NCBI RefSeq assembly: GCF_009914755.1 | Contig: NC_060939.1 | Reading direction: 5' to 3' (one strand) | Length of the DNA: 64,000 bases | DNA from: the human T2T-CHM13v2.0 reference genome, Homo sapiens | Shown: piece after piece, positions 11,877-29,210 of the stretch | Position numbering within the stretch: position 1 is the stretch's first letter | Layout of the letters: each line of letters opens with the position of its first letter | The notes under the pieces: generated by a model | Database searches by the model: none | Seen by the model: the letters and a program-made list of their open reading frames with translations, nothing else | Told to the model about the DNA's origin: nothing | Position numbers and translations under genes: made by a program

Positions 11877-13339
11877 TTATTTCTTAGGGACCACCAGCAC
11901 TCACTCTTGTCTGTGTTTAGCACAAAGAGCAAGGGGCAGAGTACTCATCAACTCAGGAGGAGGAGGAGTCAGTAGAGAAAGCATTCATGAAAAAAGGCTT
12001 ACATCTCAGCAATTTCTAGGCACAAAAGACTTATGAAATTCTAATATTTTATTTTGACAGAGTTCTTCTTTAGCATTATGTTAGATACAAAAATAGATTT
12101 TGAAAAATCATTTTATAATAATTATAGTATTTGCCTATCTGTTTATGCCACGTAAATTCTATGTATAAATAGGTGGAGAGGTAGTCACAATATTGGGGGG
12201 CATGTTGCATAGTATCTTGCACCATAGCTCACTATCTTTTACATAATACGCTTTAGTATGTTCAGTAAAACACTTTTAGTAAAGGGCTCAGAAATTATGA
12301 CAGGGTAATACCAGTCATAGAATCAAGAAAGGCATCTAGTTTTATCTACAAAAGATTTTAGAAATAATCTTATAACATATCCACTAAATTGAATGATGAA
12401 CATTAGACCACTTTTTATTCCATTATAATCTTATTTTCTCTCATAACGCTATCCATTAAAGTATAGATTCTATTGTAAAAGCTTCTAAAAAAGTATCAAA
12501 TCTTCCTTTGTTCCATTCCAGCTAAGCTGTGTTTCCCACCTGTTCTGTGCTTGCTAAAAATATAATGAGAAAATAAATGACTATCTAAAGTTGTTTTACA
12601 AAAGACTGTATCATAGATCCTGTGAAATCCTTCCTGCTTTAAATCCTTTGAGTGGCTGGATATCTTGAAATGGCAAATGAATTGGCCACAGAACGGTGCA
12701 CACTATTCAAGGTTTGTTCATGGAGTCTTATTTATCACAGTGATCTGTGGGCATGATAACATAATCTATACAGTGTTCATTTTTCTCTTAGGTGGTCTGG
12801 GCATTCTTCAACCATTTATTCAAACATTATCTTCTCAATTCCACCTTATAATTTTTATTTCTAAAGCGAAGTGAGCACAGACCAGATACCTGTACCTGGG
12901 TAGTGGTTTTCTAGGATACAGTAAAATGCAGGATACATTGAAGAGCAAATGGGTGCAGATGAATTGAAAACTCTTCCCTCTCCACGTCAAAGCCCAGTTG
13001 AAGGTTGGCATTTGAACAGAAAACATTCATAGACATGAATGGGGAAAGTTAATGCTCAGAGTTCACAAGTGAAATGAAACCATTCCTACTCACTGCTTCT
13101 ACAAATCACTTTATAAGTGATCCTGAGGAATTCTTTCTCATCTCTCTCTCTCTCACTCTCCCTCCTCCCTCATCTCTTCCCTCTCCTATTCTGGCTGAAA
13201 CTGGCACCTAAGTCAAATGTAGCTAAGCAAACAGTGTCTCAGTATGAGACAGATATATATGTATGCACAATACACATATATATTTACATGTATATATATA
13301 TATACACACACACACATATATGTATTATTTTTTCCTAAT

Positions 13340-14720
13340 TCTACCCACAAAAGAGGCACTAATACCTTAAGAGCCATAAGCGAATTTTGTGCCCAGATGG
13401 TTTTTAATACCTGTCCCTACTGAAAGGAACAAGAGCCTCTTGGAGAAATGTCTGGTTCCAGGGCTGGGACAAAGAAGGTACATGATGAAACTGGAACACC
13501 TTTTTGTGCCAGAAAGAAAGGGAGTGCTCAAGAAAACAATGGGAACATGTCAAAAAGAAATAGGCAATAGCTTGAAGGGGCTCCTGCTGACCAAATCTAG
13601 GGACAATTTGTCTATCAAAATAAATGAGGATTGCAACGATTAAATAAAATAGGATGATTAAATAAAGTAGGAAATTATTCATCTATTATAATAAGCAAAC
13701 AAAGAGATACGCGCATACATAAATGGATAAATAAGCAGAGGAGAAAAGAGAACATTTCTTTATTTTATTTTATTTTTTTGAGACGGAGTCTCGCTGTCGC
13801 CCAGGTTGGATGCAGTGGCGCGATCTCGGCTCACTGCAGGCTCCGCCCCCCGGGGTTCACGCCATTCTCCTGCCTCAGCCTCCTGAGTAGCTGGGACTAC
13901 AGGCGCCCGCCACCTCCCCCGGCTAATTTTTTTGTATTTTTAGTAGAGACGGGGTTTCACCGTGTTAGCCAGGATGGTCTCGATCTCCTGACCTCGTGAT
14001 CCGCCCGCCTCAGCCTCCCCAAGTGCTGGGATTACAGGCGTGAGCCACCGCGCCCAGCCAAGAGAACATTTCTTTAAATTAGTGTGCCACCTGATACATG
14101 TGAAAGGAAGAGTCATGGAGTGGCCGGGTGGAGGGAGGCAGGGCGGGGAATACCATTTGCAACTATGGTGGTAAAAAATAATTTAGGCAAGAAGTATCAG
14201 GAGAATACTTATCTTTGGGAAGAGCTGGATGAGAAGCAGGCTGCTTGCGTGTTCTCAAAGTGTCTCTTCACAGACTGCTATTCATTACAAGGAGAAAAGT
14301 ACTAACTAAACAGTGAAGAATGCAAATGACACTTTGAACTTTTGCTGCAAAGTAACCTCACCAATAAGAGGTATGTAGATATCTTGTATTTGGGGGATAT
14401 ATGGTACCCCGAGAAGGACACCACATCACTGCTGCATTATTCCACTTGCAGCTGTATAACCAAGTCTAATCATGAGAACACATCAATCAAGCTCAAATGA
14501 AGAAACATTCTGTAAAATTACTAGCCTGAATTTTTCAAAATTCCCAATGCCATGATAAAGAAAGGCAGAGAAATGCTGATAGAATAAAGAAGGTGAAAGA
14601 GATAGAAAAACTAAATGCAGTATGTGATTCTAGACATGGAATATGGACTACATAGATTAGATGAAAATATTACTTCAGTGTTAAATTTCTTGAATTGTAC
14701 CATCTTCAGATGCTTATTTG
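13340..14720 (+). mobile_element. Old L1MC/MD 3' region interrupted by an Alu
   Basis: GAAAGGAACAAGAGCCTCTTGGAGAAATG and TCTAATCATGAGAAACACATCA motifs. Confidence 0.6.
13763..14059 (-). mobile_element. AluY (Ye5-like)
   Basis: 2-bp deletion CTCGCTGTCGCC and CCCCCCGGGG variant. Perfect 17-bp TSD AAGAGAACATTTCTTTA (13746-13762 / 14060-14076). Confidence 0.95.
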
Positions 14721-15235
14721 AGGATATTTAATTCAGTCTGGAGAGTTTTATTGCAGTTTATCTTTCTTCCTAGTTGGTTTGGGGGAAGAATTTCTTCAGC
14801 TGAAATGTTTTGACTCATATTTTCTGTTTTCTACAGCAGCTTTTATATTGCAGTTTTTGTAGTTATGTTTTTTATTCTGTTCCCAGGTATCATAGAAATG
14901 GAGTTCCTAGTTCTAGAGTATCCTTTTCTATAAATAGAGTAAAATGCAGTTTATTTAATAAGAGATGTTGGCACTTTGGGCAGAAAGGGAGTGGTAGGCA
15001 CGTGGTACTTCTCTTTCATCTGGACATATTCCTTAATTTTACCTTCTTTTTTTCCTTTCTGTGCCATGACTCCTGATCAATCAAATAGACAACTGAAATT
15101 ATTCACAGATCTGAAATGTTTATTATTTCTGTTACCAGATTTGTAGCTCTTCAATGCATGTTTAACCTGTGCACATAGTCTAATTTTCACTGCTGGTGTT
15201 GACAGAAAAAAATATTTCAAAAATGGAAGCTGAGG

Positions 15236-15772
<537 letters not shown>

Positions 15773-17209
15773 TCACCTCTGACTCATGTGACTTATCTTC
15801 GGGTACTGCCTTCTCTTGGCAGTCTTTGGGACTACCTCAAAGCAGAATTCATCCTACCCTGCTCAGTGTTCCCTCGACTCTTCTTCCATTACATGGTAGT
15901 CCACTGGTGTCTCAACAGGTCTGTACATTATCAGACTGTGAGCTCCCTGCTCCCTCAGCCAGACAGAGATTGAAGAGGACACCATCTCTTTCAACTAAAT
16001 TGTGTGAGGCCATTACAAATGGCCGACATTTGTAGGCCACTACATATGGGCTACTACTCACTTATGTTTTAGCCCAGCCCTTGAGTTTGTAAAGTGTGTT
16101 GGGTTAAATTTGTAGTTAGACAATTTAGCCGAGGGAAGCTTAAATGTTCTGTGTAGAGCAGTGGGAGAAATATGTTCTTGTTATTTTTGCTCTTCTTGAA
16201 ACAAAAGAAACAGAAAAGGGAGAGAAGAGGTGAATAATAAATACGAAAGAGTAGAAATGCAGTCTGCAACAGATGACAGCAGACTGAAGCTAGAATCCAG
16301 ACCAGGCCAAGGAACTTCATGATTTTAAGGAGGATGGGTAACACACAACTGGAGGTGTTAGCAGTGCTACAGTGGTCAGTTGTACACATTTTTTCTGGCC
16401 CTTGAAAACTTGAGTAAGTTCAGTTAAAACACACATAGCATGAGTAAGAATTTTGATTTTATGAACACTAAGGAAAATGCTGTGTTTGTTACATGATAGG
16501 GCAAAATAATTAGAAAAAGAACCCTACACATAGAACAGTTGCATAATTTTGAAACGAAGTTAAATCAGAGGAAATGTGGGGGGCAGGAGGAGAATGACCA
16601 CAAAATTATAAGCCTACAGATAATTTGGAAAAATCCTGAGGAGGATTTTCAAGAAAATGTTCAGTGAAAGCTTGGAGCAATTTCATCTAGTGTTTAAGAA
16701 GAAGGATTTCCTTGCTGATTTCTATGATGTGTTTTTATTCATACACAGGTACAGCACCTACGTAGCACGTAATAGGCTATTTACTTAGATAGCAGGTGAG
16801 CCCAAGATATAATACCTGTACTTTAGCTGTTATCTTTAGAAATAAACATCTAATAGGATCTATTTTGGCACTGCAATGGAAACTATCAACATTGGAAAAC
16901 TCCTAAGTAAGTGTTCAACAATAGAGAAATGACTAAACAAATTACAGTATATTTGCTCTATTTCGTACATGTCACAATCACAAGATTGAAATCCATCTAT
17001 ATAAGCTGACATGTTAAGTTCCCTTACACATAATGCCATGTGACAAAAAATATGTTGCCCTACTATACAACTGCCCTACTTATGCAAATGTTCAGAAAAC
17101 TATGTATTAACAGCAATTGCCCCCAGTTGAAGGATTTGATTGGAGGGAAAAAAACAGATCTTCACTTTCCTCTTCCAATCCTTTTATGTTACACAAAATT
17201 TTGTCATGA

Positions 17210-17390
17210 GAATTTATATATATGCACACAATATCAATATATTTATATTAATATTTATCTTATTAATATATTTATATTAATACTTGCATAATTAATATAT
17301 TATTGTTATATTTATATTTATATTATTAATATATTAGTAATATAATTATTAATATTACATTAATATTTTAACATATTAATATATAAATTA
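17210..17390. repeat. AT-rich low-complexity tract
   Basis: Almost purely A/T for about 180 bp. Confidence 0.85.
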
Positions 17391-17821
17391 ATACATGTAT
17401 ACTATAAAACAGAACATCTGTTTTTGGAACATGGTTAGTTGAGCTAATGCAAAATGCTTTCTGTTACAGTTAACATGGTGGAGAATTATAAAACTTGTGC
17501 ATAGTGTTGGGAGTTCACAGAAAATAAATGGAGATGGCAACCCATAGATAGTGTGAAAAAACAGAAAGAGGTGAGATTGCATGACAAATGAGTACCATGT
17601 AAGGTAAACTTTGTTGGACTTATGACTCAGAAATAGGCTCTCAAAAATACAGGTTTGGAAGTCTCCTTTTATTCAACTTTACTGTAGAATTTCAGAAGGT
17701 GACATTCACTAATTCTACTTGTACAATTCAACAAGTTTTGATAGAAGCATAGTTACATAGGCCCTACCACATTCAACCCTTAAAACAATCCCAGCCAGAA
17801 ACTCCTCTGGTGCCCCTATTC

Positions 17822-18270
<449 letters not shown>

Positions 18271-20494
18271 TAGTTTTGTGTTTTCTAGAATTTCATATAA
18301 AGGAAATCATACATGAAGAAGTAAGTAAAAAGCTAAGATTTTTACTTAGCATCATGCATTTTAAAGTAAGTCTTGTCTTTATATATATTAGTACTTCATT
18401 ACTTTTTTTTTTTTGGTTAAATAGTATTTCATTTTATGGATATGCCCCAGTGAGTTTATTTATTTACCAATTAATGGACACTACAGTTGTTTTCAGTTTG
18501 GGGTTGTTCCATATAAAATTGCTATAAACATTCATGTACAGATACTGTACAGACATACATTTTTATTTTCCTTGGTAAAAACCTGGAAATGGAATTCCTC
18601 AGTCATACAATAAGTGCACGTATGAATTTATAACGTAAGTGCTAATTTATAACATAAAGTGCTAATCTGTTTTCCAAAGTGGCTCATCAAAAACATATGA
18701 GCGTTGGGTTGTTCATCCTTACCAGAACATGGTTTGGTTTTCTTATCTTTATTTTTATTTTAAATGTTCCAATAAATAGTGATATTTCCTTAAGATTTTA
18801 ATTTGCATTCCCCTAGTGATTAATAATGTTGATCATCTTTTTGTTTGTCATCACTGTCATTGTTTTTTGGTGAAGTGTCTTTTCAAATATTTTACCTAAT
18901 TTTTTTAACCAAATTGTTTGGCTTCTTGAGTTGTAAGAATTCTTTGTATATTCTGGATACAAATTCCTTATCTGATATATGATTTGCAAATATTTTCTCC
19001 CATTCTGTGGATTATCTTTTAATTTTCTTAATGGTGATATTTAAGAGCAGGAGTTCTTAATTTTTAGGAAGTCCAATTTTTCTACTTTTAATTTTTATTA
19101 TTTATCTCATTTTCTTGCCTTATCTAAGAAATCTTTTCCTAACCATGTTCATAAAGATTTTCTCAAATATTTTCTTCTAGAAGTTCTAGAGTTTTACATG
19201 TTACATTCAGGCTTCTGATCTATTTCAACTTAATATTTCTTATAACAAGAAAGGTGAAGATCAAGACTCATCTTTTTTCATACGGTCACCAAGTTAATCA
19301 AGCATCATTTGTAAAAAACTCTCTTCTTTCACCATTGAGAATCAATCATTGTAGAATACTAGCTGACTATATATGTGTAGATCTATGTTTAGACACTATA
19401 TTCTGTTCCAAATTATTCTGTACATTTCTATACTTTATCTCAATGCAACTTTATCTTACTATAGCTTTATAGTGTGACTTTAAGTCAAACCATATGAATC
19501 CTCCACATTTGTTCTTTTAAAATATTGTTTTAGTTATTCTCAAGGCTTGCATTTTCATATAAGTTTTTGAATCAGCTTGTCAGTTCAACAAAAATACCTG
19601 ATGGGATTTTGATAGGGATTGAACTGAATTTATAAATGAATTTTGGGTAGAATTGAGATTTAAATAATATTTAGTCTTTTATTCCATAAACATAGTGTAT
19701 CTCTCTATTGCTTTATTTTATATTGATTTTTTATCAATGATTTTTAATTTCTAGCACACAAAGCTTGCTTATATTTTACTAGATCTATTCTGAATAATTT
19801 CATGTTTTTGATATATTGCAAATGGTATTATGTTTTTTAATTTCAATTTTCAGTTATTTTTAGCTCATATACAAGGGTGTGATTATATATATATAAACAT
19901 ATATTATATATATAATATAAACATATATAAACATATATTATATATATATGTTGACCTGGCATTCTATGACCGTGGAAATTTCACGTTTAAATCAGTTTAG
20001 CATTTTTGTAGCCTTTCTGAGATTTTCTAAATAGCTAATTATAACATCTGTTAATAAAGACAGTTTTGTTTTTCCCAGTTTGCATGCCTCTATCGCTTTT
20101 TCTTCCCTTATTCTTTTCACTAAGACCTCAGCCTAATGTTGAATAGAAATGGTGAGAAAAGACATCCTTACCTTGTTCTCAACCTTAGGGGTACTCATCA
20201 GTCTTTCACAATTTAGTATTGTATTTACTGTAGGTTTTGTCAACTTGAAAGTGTTCCTTATCTTTCTGATTTGCTAAGATCTTTATAACCATAACTAACA
20301 AATGTTGAATTTTATCAAGTGCATTTCTGCATGTATTGAGATCCTCCAGGTGCTGGGATGTCAGTGCTCCTGTTGCAGGGCCAGGCAACAAGATTTGTAT
20401 GTGTTTTCACACAAAAAGCTGAATCTAAGCTGCCTACATAGGCCCAGGAATAAATGCAGCACCCTCAGTTGACGGGGACTAAAAAATTCCTCCT

Positions 20495-20809
<315 letters not shown>

Positions 20810-22074
20810 AAAATTCCTCCTCTCCAGTTGGAGACGTGACAAGGAATCTCGGTTCTGCTCTGATTCTGCACACCGAGCACATAATCCAGCCTCAAGCAGA
20901 TTTTGAACTCTAATCTGAAATACAATCATAATAATAGAGTTCCTGATTTCAGACATTAACATCGAAGTTGTTTTTGAGTTCATTATAGAATCAAAGGCTA
21001 AAATATTCTGAAGAGACATTTCTGCCATACAGGCCACATGCTATCTTTAATTGAGAATAATGGAAGCTAACTCTCCTAAACTCTTCTTACTGTATTGAAA
21101 TTTAAGTAGACTATATGATAGAGCATATATTTTTTCATTCATTCAACAAATATTTATTGAATGTGTCTGTTAGGGGTCCAGGCATTTTTCAGGCTCTGAT
21201 ATGATGAAAGGAAAACATGAAAAGCCGTCTCTTGTTCCAAGGGGAGATTATTATTATTATTTACATGGTACTGCAGCCAAATGTGTTCATCTTATTAGAG
21301 TACATATTGATTGAGTATAACATGATAGCCTCTCTTAGGTTATAAAGTACTTTTATATCCTAAAACGTTTGTGAGACCTTTTCTAAATAATCACTAATAA
21401 TCTAAAATACATACATATATGATTTTATATATATATCTTCACTTCATTATTATTTTCACTAAGAATATACAAAACTGGCTTTGTTCTAGGAAGTTACTTT
21501 GCTTTGTGATATTTCTGCGTTTATTTATCCTCTGTACACCTCTTATTACATAGAATTATGCTGAGTTGCTACAAATGAAATAAGCCAATTTCTATACATT
21601 ATTTGTTTTGTCAAATAACACCATGTTCAGTCTTTGCAATGTGTCTATTCTTCTGGGGTTATTTTAAGATACATGCTTCAGTTTATATTGATAGCACCAT
21701 ACTAATCATTTTATAAAAATATATGAAATTTAATTGCTGATGTTCAATATTAGACATATTTTATGCTATTTTATCCACCAAAGCAAAGCCTTCTCCTAGT
21801 GCAGATCTGAGTAACCACCATTCCCCTCTGCTATCAAATATTTCCAAATTAATTAGTTATTTCCATGTTTTTGCCCTATTTTGATTTGTCCAACTATTTA
21901 ATTTCGAATTAAACTCATTTCACTTAAGTTACAAACCAAGCGGATGTCTAGATTTGTTGTTTCCAGATTTATTTCAGACATTAAGAAAGTTATATTCTGT
22001 CTTTAATATATTTAACAGAACAAAACTCAAGTTGTCGTTTTGCTAATTATTCGCTATATAGATTAAAACATTAA

Positions 22075-22432
<358 letters not shown>

Positions 22433-23265
22433 TGAAGGGAGGATCAAACTGGGGCATGTCATTTTTTGACAACAGAGTTAACTGAGTGAGTGGCTCTCAA
22501 TGGTTCATTACGTGTAACTTTCCTCTAACACTGTTACATGCGAGCTTCCGGTAGGAGTGCCTTCTCATGGAGAGGGTGGTTATTCATCAGTCAAGAGGAT
22601 TTAAGTGTGTATAATCACCAGCTAGAACGTTCAGTATGCAACAGGCTTCCTTCTGCCTTCATGTGCAATAGTGGTCTTTAAAGCTGGAGCTTTTGCTGAA
22701 TGTTGTTGATATACTACAACAATATCCAGAAAATGCACTCTATTTCCTCGCTAATCCAAAGCAGACAATGGCATACTTCTAAATTAATAAGAACACTGAA
22801 AACCACAAACATTTAATTCCAAAATCTTGTTGCTGACATTAGGATACATGTAAAAATTTAATCCAAGTTCAACTTAAATTCTTCCATCAGTTTTTGTTTA
22901 GTTGCTGTGGAGTTTTATAGGAAATTCAGATAGCTATAGGTTTCCCCTATAAGTTCTCTTCAATAATTTGATTCCTGCCAATAATAAATCTGTCCATCAT
23001 GGTAAGTGATGCTTTTGTTATTCACATTGCCTTATGTTTATTTAACACAAAACTCCATTTGTATATCTCCACTGGAATCCTTGGTAATTTGTGATTGTCT
23101 ATTAAATTGTGTTTTAAAATTGGCATTGAGTTTCAAATCATACTGTATAAACTGCCAATGGTATGACACTCATTGTTTATTTTAAAGCCATGATAAGGAT
23201 AATTCCCTTTTCTGCTAAATGGACTCAGTTCCAAGTAGAATTACAAGGAACAACAAAATGTCTTT

Positions 23266-23441
23266 TTTTATTTAATTTAATTTAATTTTATTATTATTAT
23301 ACTTTAAGTTTTAGGGTACATGTGCACAATGTGCAGGTTTGTTACATATGTATACATGTGCCATGTTGGTGTGCTGCACCCATTAACTCGTCATTTAGCA
23401 TTAGGAATATCTCCTAATGCTATCCCTCCCCCCTTCCCTCT
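23266..23441 (-). mobile_element. Short 5'-truncated young L1PA (PA2/3-like)
   Basis: L1 3' terminus; TSD ACAAAA(T/C)GTCTTT (23253-23265 / 23442-23454). Confidence 0.92.
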
Positions 23442-24609
23442 ACAAAACGTCTTTGAAATAAACTTTGTAGTAGAGAACAAAGTAAACAATCCTTGATAAG
23501 AATCAAGAAATTTAGATTATCCTCCTGGCCAAGCAACCACCTGCCTGTAATTTTGTAAAACAAACTTGGCTTCATTGATGTCTCTCTCCTTGTCAGTAAA
23601 GGAAGAGAGAAATAATTGAATTCATTATTCTCCCTATCAGTAAACAGTTTATTACTTTTAAAACCTAATTTCCTTAAACTTTGAAACGATAACTTTATGA
23701 TTATTGTCTTTAATTATTGGTAATACTTTGAATAATTTAAGAATGCTAGGCTAGGCATGTCCATTGTACTCATTTTATGCCTTAAAAATATTCACAATTG
23801 ATGGCTTAGTTGTATTTAGAAAAACATGCATAGCTCTAAGTATAAAAATGCAATGTCAATTTGAGGGGTTTTGTTGCTGTTTCTCATCATAAGTTCACCT
23901 GTAAGATTTTACTTTCAATGTAGCATGGTATCATTGAGTTTACTTATGTCTGTTATTTTTCATTTTTCACTGAGTATACAATATGTCTAATTCTTCAGTG
24001 TTGTTATTGTTTATTATGTCAGGTAGCAATGCTGATCATTTAGGGTTTGGAATTTTTGAAGTCAATGCCGTAGGCTTTCAGGATAACAAATGAAACAGCA
24101 AAAGGACTCATTTTCCATTTGGTATCTTCTAAATATAATTATATAAGGAAATTCCCTTTACCCACTATAGGATTCTGCTCTCAGAAATGTCTCTGTTTCT
24201 AGAGATTTTCGAAGCAAATGGCCTGCAAATGAAAAATCTCACTTAATACAAACATGCTTCCAAATGTTTTAGACATATTACCAATTTTAGTTCAAGTTTA
24301 ATATTTTAATAATTGTGTTATGAATACTAGCACTAAAGCATCAATTATAAATCAGTATTAGGTTCTATGCTGGAAATACAGTGCATATACAGGCCAGATA
24401 TTCTTGAAAAACCACATAATACTAGAGCTTATGATTGAATAGTTTAAGACCTTCTAGGAAAAATAAACCTGATAAGTTAAAATTTGCATACATTTATGAA
24501 AGTCCCTAAGGAGATTTTGCCCATTAATGGACTTAAAAAAAAGACAGCATACCTCTTTTATGAATAATAATTGGTGGTGTACAGTGACATTTTTCTTTTA
24601 GGGTTTTCT

Positions 24610-25390
24610 TTTTTAAATTTTTTTAAAATTTTACTTTAAGTTCTGGGGTACATGTGCAGAACGTGGAGGTTTGCTACATAGGTATACGTGTGCCATGGTG
24701 GTGTGCTGCATCTATTAACCCATCCTCTAAGTTTCCTCCCCTTGCCCTGACGTGTGTTGTTCCCCTCCCCGTGTCCATGTGTTCTTCTTGTTCACCTCCC
24801 ACTTATGAGTGAGAACATGCAGTGTCTGGTTTTCTGTTCCTGTGTTAGTTTGCTGAGGATGATGGCTTCCAGCTTCATCCATGTCCCCGCAAAGGACATG
24901 ATCTCATTTCTTTTTATGGCTTCATAGTATTCCATGGTGTAAATGTACCACATTTCCTTTATCCATTCTATCATTGATGGGCATTTGGGTTGTTGGTTCC
25001 ATGACTTTGCTATTGTAAATAGTGCCGCAGTAAACATACATGTGCATGTGTCTTTATAGCAGAATGATTTATATTCCTTTGGGTATATACCCAGTAATGG
25101 GATTGCTGGGTCAAATGGTATTTCTGGTTCTAGATCCTTGAGGAATCGCCATACTGTCTTCCACAATGGTTGAACTGATTTATATTCCCCACCAACAGTG
25201 TAAAAGCGTACCTATTTCTCCACAACCTTGCCAGCATCTATTGTTTTTTGACTTTTTAATAATTGCAATTCTGACTGGCGTGAGATAGTATCTCACTGTG
25301 GTTTTGCTTTGCATTTCTCTAATGATTAGTGATGTTGAGCTTTTTTTCATGTGTTTGTTGGCCATGTAAATACCTTCTTTTGAGAATTGT
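24610..25390 (-). mobile_element. L1PA (PA8-10-like) 3' fragment
   Basis: Encodes the ORF2 C-terminus (ORF track 24792-25166) plus 3'UTR. Confidence 0.9.
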
Positions 25391-27840
25391 CTTTCGGTGA
25401 ATTTTTATTTACCTTCCTCTAATTTCCAGAAACTTTTCAAGATTACTTCCCTGATTGTTTTGTTGATATGTTGCTTTACTGAGAGTAATATATATGTTTA
25501 GAGTTACTTTTGTATGCATGTAATATTTCTTTCGATACTTAGACCATTTCTAATTTTATGATTTACTGATATTGACTCCCTCTAGCTCAACTGTGGTTAT
25601 AGCAAATTAGAGTAATTCCAATCTCTTCCTATCAACATTCATCAACTACCTAAGGGTTATCTCATCTCAGCCTCCTTCACTTTTCCTGATGCTTCTTTTC
25701 CAAAGTTGATACCACTAGTTTATTGCCAGTTTTACTTCTATTTTTTTCAACCTCCAGTTCCCTGGTTGTTTTGTTTGTTTTTGCTAATATTTCCACAAAT
25801 AAGTAAATCAAGGTCTATTTTTACTAAAACCATAACTTCTAAATTGAGGTAAAGGATAACAGGAATGATTTCAGAATAATTAACTGGAATTAATATCTGC
25901 AAATAATATCCATCATCTGAATTCATAGCTTCTTAGGCATTATATCATCTTAAAAAGTAACTGATTTGATAAACATCTACCAAAAAATCCTGCATTATAC
26001 TTAATGGTGAGGAACTGGAAGTGTTTTTGCTAGGTTTAGAAGCAAGTCCAGGATGCCCTCTCTTACAACTCCTATTCAACATTTTACTGGAAGAAATAGC
26101 TGATGTAATATGTGAAAAAGAAGGAAAATGTTTATAGATTGGAAAGGAATGAAATAAAATGTCTTCATTTGTAGATGACATGGTTTGCCATGGAGAAAAT
26201 TCCAAAGAAATGTTAAAAAATAAAAATACCACCAATAAGGTCAATCTATCTATATATCTATACTATCAATAAGGTCAATAGGATACAAAGTTAATATATA
26301 AAATAAATTGCTTTCCTATATTCCGCAAACAAACATTTCAGAAATTTAAAAAAGAATGATGCAATCACAATAGCACCAAAAACCTTTTTCATTAGCACCA
26401 AAAAATGAATTACTTATGTATAAATATATAGAGAGTCTATAGGTAGAAATCTACAAAACATGATAAAAGACTAAAAGAAGATCTAAATAAATGGAGAAAT
26501 ATTCCATATTCATGGATTGGAAGACTCAATATTGTTTGATGTCAACTGAATATATAGATTCAAAATAAAAGCAATAAAAATAAAAATTGTATTTAATAGC
26601 TCTTAGCAAATTGATTCCAAAGTCTACGTTGAAAAGAAAAAGACCTAAAATAGGCAAGATAATACTGAAGAGAAACAAAGTTTGAAGACTCATGCTACCT
26701 GGTTTTAGTATTTAGTATAAAGCTACCATAATCAAGACAACATGGTATTGGTTAAAATAAGATACACAGATCAGCGGAAGAGAAGAGACGGTCTAGAAGG
26801 AGCACACACAAATATAGTCAGCTATCTTTGAAAAAGGTGAAAAGACAACTCAATGGAGAAAGAATTATATTTTCAACAAATGATGCCGAAGCAAATATAC
26901 ATCTGTAGGCAAAAGAAGAACCTAGCAACAAACCTTATACATGTTGCAATAATCAATTCAGAACAGATCACAGATCTAACTGTACAATATAAAGCTATAA
27001 AAATTCTAGAATAAAATACATGAGAAAAATCTATGTGAACATGGGTTTGGTTATGCTTTTAGCTTTAATACCAAAAGCACAATTTGTGGAAGAAAAGTTT
27101 CATGTTGGACTTTATTCAGACTAAAAATGCCTGTTCTGTGAAAGACAAGTGAAGAAAATGGAAACACAAGCCACAAACTGGGGAAAAATGTTTGCATAGC
27201 AAAAATCTGATAAAGGACTGGTATTCAGCATATACAAACACTCTTAAAAGTCAACACTAAAATAACAAACATCCTAATTTTAAAGTGGGCAAAAGATCTG
27301 AACAGACATCTTACCCACGATGATATACAGATGACAAATAAGCACATGAAAATACACTCTAATAATCTGTCATTAAGGAATTGCAAATTAAAACAACAAC
27401 CAGATATGCACGTATTAGAATGGCTAATATCCAAAAAACCAAAAATACCAATTGCTGATGATATGGAACAACAGGAAATCTCATTCCTTGCTGATAGTAA
27501 TGTAAAATGATAGTCACTTTGGAAGACAGAGCTTGGCAGTTTCTAACAAAGGTAAACATAGTATTATCATTTGACCCAGCAGTCATGCTTCTGGGTATTT
27601 ACTGAATGTTTTTTAAACACGTGACCACACAAAAACCTGCAGGTAAATGTTTATAGTGGCTATATTCATAATAGTCAATTTGGAATCAACCAAAATGTTC
27701 TTCATTAGGCAAATAAACACACTATTATACTTTGATGCAATGGAATGTTATTCAACAATAAAAAATAAGGAGTTATCAAACCATGTAAGCACATGGCTAA
27801 GTCTTAAAGTATATATTGTCAAGTGAAATAAACCAGGCTG

Positions 27841-28150
<310 letters not shown>

Positions 28151-28429
28151 AAATAAACCAGGCTGAAAAGGCTATGGCTTCATACTGCATCACTTAGTTT
28201 ATATGACAGTTTGAAAAAGGCAAAATTATAGAGGTAGTTAACAGATCAGTGGTGTCCAGAGTTTCAACATGGGGTGAGAGTGGTAAAGCACAGGGCATTG
28301 CTAAGCGTGCAGAAAATGTTCTATATGATATTGTAATTTTTGATACATAATACTATGTTAAAACCAATTGAACTATAAAACATAAAAAGTGTTCCTTAGT
28401 ATATGCAAATTAAAAAAAAAACAATTATT

Positions 28430-28735
28430 GGCCAGGACTGGTGGCTCATGCCTGTAATCCCAGCACTTTGGGAGGCTGAGGCGGGCGGATCACGAGGTCA
28501 GGAGATCGAGACCATCCTGGCCAACATGGTGAAACCCTGTCTCTACTAAAAATACAAAAAATTAGCCAGGCGTGGTGGTGGGTGCCTGTAATCCCAGCTA
28601 TTTGGGAGGCTGAGGCAGGAGAATCGTTTTAACCTGGGAGCCACAGGTTGCAGTGAGCGAGATCGCGCCATTGCACTCCAGCCTGGGCAAAAAGAGCAAA
28701 ACTCCGTCACACACATACACACACAAATAAAATTT
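28430..28735 (+). mobile_element. AluSc-like with its tail converted to (CA)n
   Basis: Full dimer followed by CACACACATACACACAC. Confidence 0.92.
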
Positions 28736-29210
28736 AAAAAATTATTTAGAGGTCAAGGGCATCCCCAGATAGAATGCAGAATGTAACAAAAGGATCTAAC
28801 TACATTACAAGCTCTCTGAGGGTGAGGAGGATGGGAATGCTGAAGTAAGGAAGTGCTAAAGCAAAGCAAAGCAAAACAAAACAAACAAAAATACCCCAAA
28901 ACGCTCAGTGATGAGGATATGTCAGGGACAAAGAAACCAAATGAAGGAGTTCTCAACAAAAGCTATAGCAATTTGAGCAACAGAAAAAAATACAGTAGTA
29001 TTGGATTATAACTCAAAGTATAAATAACTACGAATTCATACAAACAATAAATGATGTGTAAATCAATAAATGGGAAAAATGGATAAATATTCTGGTCAGA
29101 AGAAGTCCAAATGGCTTATGTGGATACTCTGCCCTCAGTGAGATAGGGCATAACTCCTTGTTTTTTAAGTATGGGCTGTGCATAGGGACCTCTTTCCAAA
29201 GACTGCCATA

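Noticed and set aside
18626-18666. About 20-bp imperfect tandem duplication AATTTATAAC..AAGTGCT
   Set aside because: Common slippage inside an old L1 with no sign of function.
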